A stretch of 64,000 bases of DNA from Clostridia bacterium. Lineage in GTDB: Bacteria; Bacillota; Clostridia; Oscillospirales; CAG-272. Shown piece by piece: positions 16,181-27,200 of this stretch (positions are counted from its first letter, which is position 1; each line of letters opens with the position of its first letter). Where the stretch lies: the NCBI GenBank assembly GCA_017503105.1, contig JAFVTS010000008.1, positions 69,453 through 133,452 of the forward strand. Reading direction: 5' to 3'. Under the pieces are notes generated by a model. That model saw only the letters and a list, made by a program, of their open reading frames with translations. It did no database searches and had not been told where the DNA came from. The translations under genes were made by a program, and so were the position numbers.

Positions 16181-17734
16181 TTATGTTGTTTCAGGTTCGA
16201 GGCTGGAAAGCCTCTTTTTGATTGCGCGCAGTTCGCGGTCAATCTCTCCACCCTTGGTATATCCGCCAGCCTTCTCCGATTCCACAGACTGATAGGCAAA
16301 TCCCACCGCCTGCTTGCCGTCGATCTCGGTCTGCAAGGCGGTTTTTGCCCTGTCGATTGCCGCAGAGGTTTCCGTTCTGGAAAAGGTTTCGCTCTTCGGG
16401 TACGCGCCGACATCTTCCGCCGTCAGAACGATGTTACCAGAGAGCGCTTTTCCGTTGATCGTGCGCGAATCAGGCACAAGCCCAGAAATCAGATCGGAAA
16501 TGTTGACCGCAAGGGTGTTGCCGCTCTGGAATTTGAGCGTCAGCACCTTGTTTTTGTACGAGGCGCTGGTGATAAGGCTTTCGATAGGCAAATCCACCAT
16601 GCCCTCGCTCAAAACCTCGCCAGAGCGATTTTTGAGGGCGATAGATAGTTTGTAGTTACTATCCATCGTCACCGAGAGCGAAGCGCCGCCAGTTTTCTCG
16701 ATAATGCGAAAATGACGATCAATTTTGCCGCCCTTGGTGTAACTCCGCGCCGTTTCGGATTCTTCCGCGTGATACGCCGCGTGAGCATAGATTTTCGACA
16801 GTTCGATCTCCTGCACCAGCGCGTCGTGTTCGTTGTTGGCGTCGTCGATGCGCTTGTTCAGAGCGGATACTGCCGCCTCGTGCGTTACGGTGTTTACAAG
16901 CCCGTCTATCATATCCGAAATGTCGATTTTGATGTCGTTTCCTTCAATGAGTTTCAGGGTTAGTGTGCCGTCCGCATATTCTCCGCCTACGATAACGCTT
17001 TCCAGAGGGAGATCCACCTGCGCCGTACTCAATACCGAGCCAGCCGTGTTTTTGAGGCGAAGCGTCATAAGGTAGGAGGATTTGTCAATGGAGATTTCAA
17101 CCGTAGAGCCGAGGAAGCGATCTCGCTGATCGACATAGCCCTTGTTGGCGGCGTGTGCGTCAGCCGTCGGAACGGCAACATTGATCTGACCGTCACCCAC
17201 AAAAACAGGAATCGCCCCAGAGAGCGGCGCGTCGGAAATGTAAATAACCTTCTGCTTTCCGTCGGTGTCGATGATATATGCGCGGCGATAACTCGCGGCG
17301 CTTGTCACCTTATCCAGTTTGTCGCTTTTCAGATCCTCGATAGCCTCTGCGTTTTCGCTGATCGCCTGCGCGGCGTCATTGATATACTTTTGAAGCGGAA
17401 CAGTTGCGAAAGAGTTTGCCGAGGGAAAGACCTGCAATATTTTGTTTGCAAAATCTCCGCTCAACATGGCTTCCACGAGATCGCCAAGGCTTTCCACATC
17501 GTAATCGTCCAGCGCGAGGCGGATATAATCTGCCGCGTCTTCGGCTGAAATGGTGTCGTAAACCTCGTTGATCTTTTCTGCCAGAAAGGTTGCCAGTTTA
17601 TCAAACCACAGTTTGAGTTGTTGCGGTGACAAGCCGCCTACACCGTACTGCGCAGAGGCGTTCGGTCTGTCCGCAAGCGACTGGACGCCTTTTTCGGTAA
17701 TCTGGCTTTTTGTAATTTTTACAAGTTGTTTCAT
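16181..17734 (-). CDS. Tail fibre-like protein with an internal duplication
   Basis: 517 aa. Two ~70-aa paralogous modules (aa 211-280 and 352-420) and two TKGG.IDR motifs. Position upstream of the receptor-binding gene. Confidence 0.5.
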   Translation of the reverse strand: MKQLVKITKSQITEKGVQSLADRPNASAQYGVGGLSPQQLKLWFDKLATFLAEKINEVYDTISAEDAADYIRLALDDYDVESLGDLVEAMLSGDFANKILQVFPSANSFATVPLQKYINDAAQAISENAEAIEDLKSDKLDKVTSAASYRRAYIIDTDGKQKVIYISDAPLSGAIPVFVGDGQINVAVPTADAHAANKGYVDQRDRFLGSTVEISIDKSSYLMTLRLKNTAGSVLSTAQVDLPLESVIVGGEYADGTLTLKLIEGNDIKIDISDMIDGLVNTVTHEAAVSALNKRIDDANNEHDALVQEIELSKIYAHAAYHAEESETARSYTKGGKIDRHFRIIEKTGGASLSVTMDSNYKLSIALKNRSGEVLSEGMVDLPIESLITSASYKNKVLTLKFQSGNTLAVNISDLISGLVPDSRTINGKALSGNIVLTAEDVGAYPKSETFSRTETSAAIDRAKTALQTEIDGKQAVGFAYQSVESEKAGGYTKGGEIDRELRAIKKRLSSLEPETT

Positions 17735-17740
17735 AGCCTT

Positions 17741-20386
17741 TTACTCCTTATATCGTCCAGAAATGTTGTATCGGAAAGAGAGATAGAACAGCGCAAACGG
17801 CTTCATGTACTCGTCCGAATAGATGTAATATTGCTTTTCCACCCACTTTTTTTCCTTCTCCTTGATCGCAAACAGGCTTTGCTCTGTCGTGATAAATGAG
17901 AAGTCCGAGAAATCCGTACCGCCGAAAGAGAACAGCGTACTGTTTATGCGCGCGATCTGCTCATAGGGCTTTCTGTTCGTCCGCACTCTGATTTTTGCCG
18001 CAGAGGATGGGAAAGACTTGGTTTTGATAACCGTTGATTTTTTGACGGTGTTTTTGTTCAGGTGAGGAACGCCGCAACAGTCCATTTTCGTCGCACAGCC
18101 GCAGAGGATCGTTCGCTCGTCGAAAGCGTAATACTGGGGCGCAATCTCGCCCTGCTCGTCGCGCATATCGAAGTTGAAGGAGCAGACGACACCGTTCTTC
18201 GTGCCGAAAAACAAATTGTTTTCCATGCTCTTGACGGTGGTTGCCCTCTGGAATGTTCCGCCTGTGCTGTTGCCCTTGCCCTCGCACAGAAACGCCTCAT
18301 AGCCCAGAAATTCGCCCATACTGCCGTACAGTTCGTGTATGGTGTAGTACAAGCCTATTTCATAGGTTGCGCCGTCCACGGCTATCGTAAGCCGCTCGTC
18401 GAACACGCTGGCAGTTTCCTTGCCGTCGCTGTCGGGGGGATTTACGATCTTGCCCGTGAGGTTGCGCGTTTCGTCGCTCTCGTGGTAATATACCGCGTTC
18501 GCCAGTTTGATCGGGATCTCGATTATGTGATCCTCGTTGCCGCAGGTGCAGTATTTCGCGCCCTTCTTGCACTCGGTACAGTAATGTACCATCTTGCCGT
18601 CCAGTTCGGAATATATCTGCGTCGAATAGCGATACTCTGGATACTGGTTTTTGTAAACGCCAATATCTTCGAGGTAATACCATTCATACTGCGGTACGCC
18701 GATCTCGTGCGCGTACTTCTGGCGGCTGTCCGCCATAAAGATTTTGCCGTCAACCAGCACAAGCAGGTATCCGTTCCACTCTTCCACCACGGCGTCGCTC
18801 AAATCCATATTGACAAGCCTTGCGTCGATCAGGCTGGAACGGTGTTCCACAGCCCTCTCGTAGCGCACAGAGAGTTGTCCGATAGCCTCCACTCCCAGAC
18901 GGGAAATGAAAATAGGATCGTCGAGGAAGTTGATGCAAGCGCCCAGACAGCCTATGCCGCACAAGCCCTGCGTAGAGGGATAGATCTTCGGTTGAAGATC
19001 CTCGCCCGTCGCCGTTGCCGTGTGGAAATAGGTTGAGCCGTCCTGCCGCGTATCGCCCTTTAATACCATAAGCGTATCCGCCACGGGGATCATGCCAGTA
19101 ATGGGCGTGATTCCGACGCCATCCTGCATATAGTTCAATACGCCAAAATACGAGGGATCAACATATCCCGTGATATTCCGTCCGCAGTAAAACACATGGT
19201 TTGGATAGTTCGGGTTGCCAGATACGAAAACACGGTTGTCAAAGGTTGCGACAATGGTGCAGTCGGTAATCAGTTCGTAGATATTTTCCTTTTCCTCGGT
19301 TACCCCTGAAACGCTGGTAAAGGTCTTTTGCGCCGTAATTTCGATTCCTGCGTAAAACTCTGGATACGCGCCGCCCTCAACCTCTTCGGGCTTCTTGGGC
19401 GCAACAGCAAAGGTAATTTTGCCGTTCGGGAGATCCACAGTATAGTCGTCCTCCGCCGTCAGCGTTTCGCCGTAAACCTTGACCTCTGTTACCGCCTCCA
19501 GCGCGTTCTCGTTCATATAAAACTCGGTTGTCACGCCGTCTGCGATAAAGGTGTGTTTGAATTTCGGCTGAAGGACATTCCTCTGCTCGTATTCCGTGCC
19601 AATATCGGCGTTTTCGCCGCTTGGAATGATGTTGATATAGGTGGTGGGAATATAAGCGGCAGAGAGAACAGAGGATACTGTGTCGCCGTCATAAACCAGA
19701 TAATTTTTGCCGTCGATCAGGTACAAACGGTTATTAAAAATAAAGGACGCGCTTCTGCGGCTGTTCATGCCAGCAAAAAGGGCATCCTCCGTGCTGATAA
19801 CGCCCTCCGTAAACGACAGATACAATGCGTCGCCAGCATAGAGATCGCTACGAGAGATGCAGAGCGTATGCGTTCCTGCGTCGTAGTAATCCATATTCAT
19901 CGTAATATCTTCGCCGTCAGGCTTGGAAATTGCGACGACGCTTGCGACATTGTTGCCGAGAGTGATTCTGAAGGTGCGTGTGCCGTTCGTTTCTCCGCTC
20001 TCTTCGGGGAGCGTAATCACTTCTTTTGTTACAACATTGATGGTGTTGGGATAATTATGCCAAAGATACAGCCTGTTCCCAGCGTGGAGAAGAATTTTTG
20101 TTACGATCTTTCCGCCAGAATCCTTGTGCTGGAAATGGTGGATACCGTAAATCTCCGCCTCTTCGGGAAGAACAACGCGACGGCGAAAGCCTGCAATGGT
20201 TTCGAGCGCCTTTCCTTGCCCCGACTGATAATCCTTATACATATTGACGAGATAGGCGAGGCGCTGTTCATGTACCTGCGTGTGATCGCTGGAAAAATCA
20301 ACGCCTCGGAAATCTCCGTAGTGCCTGCTGTAAGTATCCCGACTTTGCAACAGGTTTTTCTTTGTGTTGTACGATGCCATAATCAT
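17741..20386 (-). CDS. Large phage structural protein (tail/nozzle or baseplate candidate)
   Basis: 881 aa, called by position between the head genes and the fibre gene. No motif recognised. Confidence 0.45.
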   Translation of the reverse strand: MIMASYNTKKNLLQSRDTYSRHYGDFRGVDFSSDHTQVHEQRLAYLVNMYKDYQSGQGKALETIAGFRRRVVLPEEAEIYGIHHFQHKDSGGKIVTKILLHAGNRLYLWHNYPNTINVVTKEVITLPEESGETNGTRTFRITLGNNVASVVAISKPDGEDITMNMDYYDAGTHTLCISRSDLYAGDALYLSFTEGVISTEDALFAGMNSRRSASFIFNNRLYLIDGKNYLVYDGDTVSSVLSAAYIPTTYINIIPSGENADIGTEYEQRNVLQPKFKHTFIADGVTTEFYMNENALEAVTEVKVYGETLTAEDDYTVDLPNGKITFAVAPKKPEEVEGGAYPEFYAGIEITAQKTFTSVSGVTEEKENIYELITDCTIVATFDNRVFVSGNPNYPNHVFYCGRNITGYVDPSYFGVLNYMQDGVGITPITGMIPVADTLMVLKGDTRQDGSTYFHTATATGEDLQPKIYPSTQGLCGIGCLGACINFLDDPIFISRLGVEAIGQLSVRYERAVEHRSSLIDARLVNMDLSDAVVEEWNGYLLVLVDGKIFMADSRQKYAHEIGVPQYEWYYLEDIGVYKNQYPEYRYSTQIYSELDGKMVHYCTECKKGAKYCTCGNEDHIIEIPIKLANAVYYHESDETRNLTGKIVNPPDSDGKETASVFDERLTIAVDGATYEIGLYYTIHELYGSMGEFLGYEAFLCEGKGNSTGGTFQRATTVKSMENNLFFGTKNGVVCSFNFDMRDEQGEIAPQYYAFDERTILCGCATKMDCCGVPHLNKNTVKKSTVIKTKSFPSSAAKIRVRTNRKPYEQIARINSTLFSFGGTDFSDFSFITTEQSLFAIKEKEKKWVEKQYYIYSDEYMKPFALFYLSFRYNISGRYKE

Positions 20387-21301
20387 TTACCACCCGTTAG
20401 AATTTTTGATAGGAACAGGTGTAGCGGACACGATTCTTCGCTCTATGTCTATCGCTCTTTCCTGATAAATGGCGAGATAATACTGTGCCTTTTCAGGCTC
20501 GTCGTCCACCCAGACGAAAGAGGCAACCAGAATCGGCAGCAGAGCGCAGAGATCTTCGTCGAGGTCAAGTACCGTCATATCGTCGGCGGCTTCTCCGTGA
20601 TTGATAACAGCCTGCGGCTTGCGCTTGTAAATGACCTTGTAAAGCCCCTTTGCGTCGTGCGGCAGAAGTATGATCCTGCCGCCTTCCACATCGTAGCCCT
20701 GATTGAGATACTGGTATTCTGCCTCTTCCTTGATAGGGGGAGAGTTAAGGGAGAGGAAGTCAGGAACAAGGGCGCTGATGTCGTATCTGGTATAGGCTTC
20801 ATAAGACGGAATATCCGCCTCCGATCTGCTGTAAAGATACTCATACATAGCAACATTTCGGACAGAGTACAGATAATCTCCCGTGAAATGAAGTCTGACA
20901 CGATCTCCAACGAAAATACCGTCCTCTTTGATAAAGCCCCTGTACGGCATGAAAACCTTGTCCGCAGAGAGATTTACCATTCCGATTTTTACCCATGCCT
21001 CCAGTTCCTCGTCGTACTTCTCGACATACATAGTGCCGTTTCCGTCCGCCTCGAAATAATATGACTTGACATCCGACGCCTCAAAGTAAAGATCCTCGAA
21101 TTTCTCAATGGGAGTAAACGATGATTCCTGCACCTTGTTTTCCATAGGCTTGTGGTTTATGACATAAGCACTTGTTACAGGTCGAATGGCATTGACCTGT
21201 AACAAGGCTCTGTTTACCGCAAAAATAAATCTATCGTCGTCCTCCAGCGAATCCTCAAATCCTAACTGTGCCACAGATTTGTAGAGTTCAGATACGGTCA
21301 T
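20387..21301 (-). CDS. Phage structural protein (head-tail adaptor/tail candidate)
   Basis: 304 aa, immediately after the capsid gene and abutting the 881-aa gene. Confidence 0.4.
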   Translation of the reverse strand: MTVSELYKSVAQLGFEDSLEDDDRFIFAVNRALLQVNAIRPVTSAYVINHKPMENKVQESSFTPIEKFEDLYFEASDVKSYYFEADGNGTMYVEKYDEELEAWVKIGMVNLSADKVFMPYRGFIKEDGIFVGDRVRLHFTGDYLYSVRNVAMYEYLYSRSEADIPSYEAYTRYDISALVPDFLSLNSPPIKEEAEYQYLNQGYDVEGGRIILLPHDAKGLYKVIYKRKPQAVINHGEAADDMTVLDLDEDLCALLPILVASFVWVDDEPEKAQYYLAIYQERAIDIERRIVSATPVPIKNSNGW

Positions 21302-21330
21302 ATTACCCTCCTGTAAGACGCGTCAGGCGA

Positions 21331-22377
21331 TTAAGCCGTGACCTTGGTTGCACCCGTAACAGCCGACGCAGAGTTGACGAAAAGGGCAATGTGCTTCCAA
21401 GTGGTGAAGCCCACGCCGAAGCGGCAGTAACCGTTCCAGTACATGTTTCTGGTGTGGTCGTCGATACCATTGCGAATATCGAGAGGCACACGGTTGAAGA
21501 ACATGTTTGCAAGCAGATTCTCGTTTGCCTCGGAGGACATAACCATAAATCTGTCGTCGTTGGTTTCCCAGCCGTCGAGGACAACGAGCGTCCAGTTGCC
21601 GTACTGGGTGTTGATGTCGTTATTGTTAGATCCCGTAGTTCTCTCCGAGCCGATGATCTTCTTTGCCATCATTTCCAGTCTGGGGCGGTTGCAGGGGATA
21701 ATGAGGATGTCGGCGGTGTAGCCCATGGTTTCGCCGTTCTCGTCCTTGAAATTGCGCATCAAGTTCGCGGCAATGGAAAGGTGTTCCTCAAATACTTCGG
21801 GGCTGGAAGTGATGTCGCCGTAGAAGTAGTTGGACTGGGTTTTGCCCTTCATTTTGGTGGTGGAATAGGTGTGGGCGTTGTTGAAGAGGGAAAGACCGTC
21901 GCCCACGGTGAGATCGACCTTTGCCTTGTTGAAGGTCATGGTCTTGCTCGTACCGTTGATAAGAGCCTGCGCCGCGAGTTTTACGCGCGTCTTGTAGTAT
22001 GCGCGCACAAACATCTTGGGCTTGTTCTTGATGTTTGCACCCATACCCATCTTTGCGTCGTCAGCCATCTTGCGAGTGATGGTAAACTCCTTCGCAAACT
22101 CGATATGCTCAATGGTCTTGTCGTAGGTCTTTTCTACGGAATCATTCTCCGCGCCCTGACCTTCGCCCTTGCTCTGGAAGGTGTCAAAGTCGGATTCGCC
22201 CATGATGGTTTCCGCATAGCGGTTGGACTTCTCGACATTGAAGAGAAGATCAAGGATGGTCTTGTTCTTCTCGCACTGGTTGGATTCGTTCTCAATGAGC
22301 ATTTTGATCGGATGCTCAAACTTGCCAAACATCGGATCATTCTTGCCCGAAGAGGCGCTGTAAGTAAAGTTAGACAT
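21331..22377 (-). CDS. Major capsid protein candidate
   Basis: 348 aa. Order is scaffold, small beta-rich protein, then this ORF. Size is typical of HK97-fold capsid proteins. Confidence 0.55.
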   Translation of the reverse strand: MSNFTYSASSGKNDPMFGKFEHPIKMLIENESNQCEKNKTILDLLFNVEKSNRYAETIMGESDFDTFQSKGEGQGAENDSVEKTYDKTIEHIEFAKEFTITRKMADDAKMGMGANIKNKPKMFVRAYYKTRVKLAAQALINGTSKTMTFNKAKVDLTVGDGLSLFNNAHTYSTTKMKGKTQSNYFYGDITSSPEVFEEHLSIAANLMRNFKDENGETMGYTADILIIPCNRPRLEMMAKKIIGSERTTGSNNNDINTQYGNWTLVVLDGWETNDDRFMVMSSEANENLLANMFFNRVPLDIRNGIDDHTRNMYWNGYCRFGVGFTTWKHIALFVNSASAVTGATKVTA

Positions 22378-22393
22378 TGCTTATTCCTCCTGT

Positions 22394-22792
22394 TTAGATT
22401 CTGACGATGATCTCGTCACCTGCGACGGAAGCGCCGTTAAGATCAACAACGGTCACAACGCCGTTTGTGGTGGTTGCGGTTACCTGCAAGCCGTCGGTAT
22501 GGAGAGTAACCTTATCTCCGATCTTAACGGATGTAGGAGCGGCAGTTACGGGTACTGCGTACACCTGATTCTTTTCGACACGGCAAACGGGGATCGTTCT
22601 CTTCGTGTCTGCGGCAGTCTTTACGCCCATAGCGATATACGCAGGGGCGGCAGTTGCGCCGCACTTGGTAAGTTTGCCAGAAGCAAGCACCAGAGCCTCG
22701 CCCTCCGCCACAGCCTCGCTGTCGGTCACTTCGAGGTATTCAGGCTCAGGTACATTCATTCTGGCGTTTTCGATTTTCAAAAGTCTGAACAT
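22394..22792 (-). CDS. Small head protein (decoration/cement candidate)
   Basis: 132 aa, Ala/Val/Thr-rich, lying between the scaffold and capsid genes. Confidence 0.35.
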   Translation of the reverse strand: MFRLLKIENARMNVPEPEYLEVTDSEAVAEGEALVLASGKLTKCGATAAPAYIAMGVKTAADTKRTIPVCRVEKNQVYAVPVTAAPTSVKIGDKVTLHTDGLQVTATTTNGVVTVVDLNGASVAGDEIIVRI

Positions 22793-22806
22793 AGAATTTT
22801 ATCTCC

Positions 22807-23700
22807 TTATTTCTTTTTGGTTTGGCGATACAAGGACATGATCTCCTTATCGCTCATGTTCGGGAAGAGTTCTCTGTATTCCGCCATTTCCTTTTTGGTG
22901 ATCGTAATGGAGTTATCCTTCGACTGCTTGGAAACAACAGGTTTGAGATGGCTCTTCGTTTCGTTGAGTGACTGTCTTTTGGTCGCAGTCGCTACACTTG
23001 CCCTGACGGTATCAGGGTTGGCGGCAATATACGCCTCCTTGGGGGAAAGCCCCTTGTCGCGGAATTGACCGAATTTCGCAAAGTTGGGGAATTTCGTTAC
23101 GGAATCGTAGGCTCTGGTTTCGGGATACGCGGCGTGTACCTCGGCAAGATCAGCCTTCATTTTCTTTTCAAACTCGATAGCCTGCAAAGTGCGTACTGCC
23201 TCTGCATTTCTATCCTGTTCGGCTTTTCTGCGCAGGTACTCTTCGGGCGTGATCTCGTCCGCTTCTGCCGCAAGTTTTACCAAACCTGCCATAATATCGC
23301 CGTTGTCAACACCCAGTTTTGCAAGGGTGTCCTTGGTCTGGGATTCGAGGGCGGAGAGGCGGCGTCGCAATGCCGCGTTTTCTCTGTCCTTGTCGTCCTG
23401 CTGGGCGCTTGCAGGCTCTACTACTTCCTGCTCGGCAGGTGCTTCCTCGGCATCTTCCTCGCTGGTTTCGTCCTGCTCTTCGTCGGCGTCTGCATCGTCC
23501 TCGTCGGTATCGTCCTCGGACGCGTCCTCTGCGTCTGCGTCGTCGTCCTCGTCGGGAATAATGATGTCGCCGTTCTCGTCGTACTCAAAATCTAACTCGG
23601 AATCCTCTTCGGCGTCGGTGTTGGTATCCAGATCCTCGGATACATCTTCGGCGTCGATTTCAAGATCCTTTTCGACTTCGGTATTGATGGTATCATTCAT
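22807..23700 (-). CDS. Scaffolding protein candidate
   Basis: 297 aa with a very acidic N-terminal third (poly D/E) followed by helical Ala/Lys/Glu-rich sequence. Lies upstream of the capsid gene. Confidence 0.5.
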   Translation of the reverse strand: MNDTINTEVEKDLEIDAEDVSEDLDTNTDAEEDSELDFEYDENGDIIIPDEDDDADAEDASEDDTDEDDADADEEQDETSEEDAEEAPAEQEVVEPASAQQDDKDRENAALRRRLSALESQTKDTLAKLGVDNGDIMAGLVKLAAEADEITPEEYLRRKAEQDRNAEAVRTLQAIEFEKKMKADLAEVHAAYPETRAYDSVTKFPNFAKFGQFRDKGLSPKEAYIAANPDTVRASVATATKRQSLNETKSHLKPVVSKQSKDNSITITKKEMAEYRELFPNMSDKEIMSLYRQTKKK

Positions 23701-23740
23701 AATCGTTTCTCCTTCTGCCGCTTATTGCGACTTTTATTTT

Positions 23741-23878
23741 TTACTTGTTTTTCTTCCCGTTGCGAAGATCGCTACCCTTAACGACGGTGGACTTGGGATC
23801 GCCCTTCGTCACAGGCTTGGGGGCTTTAATGACGCCGCCCTTGTTGGTGGCAAAGCTGTTGCCTGCATCTTTCTTCAT
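23741..23878 (-). CDS. Small basic protein
   Basis: Hand translation gives MKKDAGNSFATNKGGVIKAPKPVTKGDPKSTVVKGSDLRNGKKNK (45 aa). RBS GGAGGA. Confidence 0.35.
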   Translation of the reverse strand: MKKDAGNSFATNKGGVIKAPKPVTKGDPKSTVVKGSDLRNGKKNK

Positions 23879-23909
23879 GACGCTATCCTCCTTTTTTCAG
23901 ATTTTAGAG

Positions 23910-23951
23910 AAAAAGAGCCACAGATACCGAATGTTCGGTAAATGTGGCTCT
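23910..23951 (-). terminator. Intrinsic terminator within the late region
   Basis: Minus-strand stem AGAGCCACA/TGTGGCTCT, with an inner hairpin TACCGAACATTCGGTA, followed by TTTT. Confidence 0.5.
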
Positions 23952-23978
23952 CATCTCAATGGATCTCTGGCGCGTTGA

Positions 23979-24158
23979 TTATTTGGTTTTTACGGTCTTG
24001 TAAGCGCCGCACTTTTTACATCGGAAAACCAAGCCTTCGACTTTGGAATCCTTTTCAAGCCCGACGCCCTTGACCTTTTCGCCGCAGTCAGGACAAACGA
24101 TTTTCGTGATCTCGTTTTTCTCCGTCTTTTTCTCAATCGGAGTAATCAAAATAGACAT
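23979..24158 (-). CDS. Zinc-ribbon protein
   Basis: 59 aa from the ATG after AGGAGGG. Contains CPDCG...CKKCG. Confidence 0.55.
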   Translation of the reverse strand: MSILITPIEKKTEKNEITKIVCPDCGEKVKGVGLEKDSKVEGLVFRCKKCGAYKTVKTK

Positions 24159-24179
24159 AGTGCATCCCTCCTGCAAAAG

Positions 24180-24220
24180 ATTATAGCACAAAAGTTACTC
24201 CGATTTGTCACCATTTATTC
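24180..24220 (-). promoter_or_regulatory. Late promoter copy 1: conserved 26-bp box plus extended -10
   Basis: Minus strand reads GAATAAATGGTGACAAATCGGAGTAA, 9 nt, then TATAAT preceded by TGC. Same box and spacing as at 41860-41900. Confidence 0.5.
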
Positions 24221-24226
24221 CGCTTT

Positions 24227-27200
24227 TCAGAGGTTTTTGGTGATGATCCTGCCGTTTACAACCTCAAATCCGCACAGTTCGGCTATCTCCGCCTTTTCAG
24301 CCTTTGTCTTGCCTTTGAGGGAGAGAATGTACCGCAGGAGATACTTTTTCGCCTTTTCAGCCGACAGACCGCGAATATCGTTGTCTTGCAGACTGTATCC
24401 CTTTGCGCAGATCAGCAACAGTTTTTTCTCCGTGCTGACACCGAGGGAATTTATCGCGGCTACAACCTTTTTGCGCTTGCTTCCGCTTATGACATTTCCG
24501 CGACGGTCTATATCACTTGTCAGCCCCTTTGTGGTTACATAGAGCAGAGCCAGATTATCCACGCCCACGACATCGGCAATAATGAGGCTATTATTGCCTC
24601 GGTCAATGCCGAGTGCGCCTTCCAGCGCCTTGTCGTAATAGGTATCGTAAATAAAATCAATAGCCGCCGCCTTTTGCTCGTCCGAAAGCGTGTTGTACTT
24701 CGACTTTGCAAACAGGGCTTTGAGGGATTTTTCCGAGGTTGCGTAAATATCTTTGATCGCCGCTTGCTCCGCCGCCGAGAGCGGATATTCTACCTCGTCA
24801 ATCGTGATCGAGGACGGAACGCTTCTGGGAATAACCTTTTGACCGTTTTTCGAGAGGATCAGAAGTTCATTGAACACAACCTCGTCCACATTCTCGTTCA
24901 TTCTTTCGCCCAGCAAAAGGCTCATAATAAACGAGGTCATTTCCGCGTCGTCTTGCTCGATTGCCTTGTAGAGTTCGTTCTGGTAGTTCTTCTCGTAGAG
25001 CGCGCTGTCAATCATGTACGCCGCTTCAGGATTGAAGCGCTTTGTCAAGCCAAAGAATACATTATAGACATTGCGCACGGGGATACCGAACATCTGCCCG
25101 ACGGAGTACGCCAGATTGCGCACAGCACGGTTTCTGTCCTGTACGCTTCCTTCGTTCGTGAGGATATTTCCTGCCACTTCAAAGAGATTCAGAGCGCTAT
25201 CCAGAAGATCATTTACCGCAGAATACGCGTAGTTGTCAACATCGTATCCCTCGAAAATCTTTGCATAGGCATCCTTGAAGAGCGGCAAGCCGCCGAACAG
25301 GTTGCCAACAGCATCGACCAGCATTGTTTCTGCCACGCTCTCGTCCTCGTCCTGCTCCTTGTCGTAGAGCCATCGGAAGAGTTGTGCGATAGACGCCATA
25401 AACACGGCAGTCAGACAGAGTGCGCCCACAGCCTTTCTCGCCTTGCGGTTTGCGGCTTTGAGTTGCTGTTTCAGCGCGGAACGGGTATCCGCGTCGGTGG
25501 TTGCTTTCAGTTTCGATTTCAGGGTGGCGACCTCTCCAATAGCGTCGATAACGCGTCCGACAACCTTCATACTGTCCGAGGTAAACATGGTGAGAGTGCG
25601 CATAATTTCGTTGCCCGACCTCATTGCCGCCGAGCGTTCGGTTGCGACTGCGTTCTGCTGGGTTTCGAGGATCACGCGGCGGAGCAGTTTTCCTGCCTCT
25701 ACCTTGTTAGCCTCCGTACCGATCTTTGCGCCGCCGTTCTTTTGTACCTGCACCTGACAAGCACCGAACAGACGCCCGACCACGAATCTATCCATTTTGC
25801 CAATAGGCGACATGAGAAGATCGCTAAATTTACTTACCGCACCGACAGCGCGCTTCGCTTTGCTGTCAAGAACACCCTGCGCCATAGCCGCCGTATTATC
25901 GTTGTTACGGAGTTTTGCAAGGGAGCAGTATTCATCCATACCCTTTGACGAAACAGCCATACCACGGGTAATGCTGTCCGCATCAAGCAGGCTGGAGGAC
26001 GCGAAGATCGAGGATAACTGTGTAAACCAGACCTTCGGATTTGCGCCGAGTTGGAATTTTGCGTAACTGCCGCGAATGAAGCCAAGCGCTTTCATGCCCT
26101 CGCTGGAGGTGGCAGGGATACCCTGAATATCGGAAATCAGTTTGACGAAATATTTGTTGCCCTTATCCCATGTGTTCGCGCTCTCGGTTGCCACGCTGAT
26201 CGGCTTGTTTTTGTTACCCGAAATATCCAGATTGTAAAGGCGGTTGTACGCCTCGACAGCAGGAGAGAGGTACGCATACTGGCATACAGCGTGGATATGG
26301 CGATTAAATACGGCGTCGGCAGATTCTATAAAGAGTTCCTGCTTTGCGCCGCGCACCGTGTCCTTGTTGAAAGAGGAATTGCTTACGCGGTCAAGTTCTC
26401 CTGCAATATCGGCAGTATCGACATTCTTTGCTATGTTGCCTCTGCGGATCGGATAATAATAGTCGTTCGTCGCATTGGTGAAGCCGAGCCTCTGCATATC
26501 ACGGTCAGCCTTCAATTTGCGCGCATCCACATTGAAAGCCTGCTCCAAAATAGTGATATATTCCTTGTCGGTATCGGTCAGGAGCGCTTCAATAGCGGAC
26601 AGTTGCTCTTTGGTGTACTGTTCGAGTTCCGCATTGGTGATCTTTGCCTCTGGGTTTACAACACCGTTTACACGGACGCGCTTGCCCTTTGTGTCGGTGA
26701 AGGCAAATCCATTCGCCGCCAAACCAGCCCACGCGTGTTTACGCTTCATCGTCATATACAAGCCGATCAAGTGCATTTTGGGGATCTCTGTGCCGCGATA
26801 GGATACGGTATCGACAGAAGCCTTTTCCACATACTTCTTGTGCTTTTTGGTAAACTCGTCGTATGCGGCGCGTATCTCCATCTCCGCCACCTGTGCGTCC
26901 ACCGCCGCGTCGCGGAGTTCCTGCATCATTTCGGTATAGAATCCGCTCTCGTACATATCCATACGGCGCGCAACGGTCATGGGATCTCCGAATGTCTGCA
27001 TATAGGTCGTGCCAGCAAGTTTACTGAACAGACCGACTTTCAGGCTTTCGTTAGCGTGAAGTGTATTGATATAGCGTTCTGCCTCTGGCTTCGCCTCAAT
27101 CCACTTGCCCTGACGGAATACCTTGCCCCAGTTTTCCACAAAGTTTGTGAAATAGGACATCACATCGTACAACATTTTCAGGTCGTCTTTGGTAAAGCCT

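Noticed and set aside
17961-21064. Plus-strand ORFs 18062-19036 and 19328-21064, plus small nested minus-strand ORFs
   Set aside because: They are shadows of the 881-aa and 304-aa structural genes, with no independent support.
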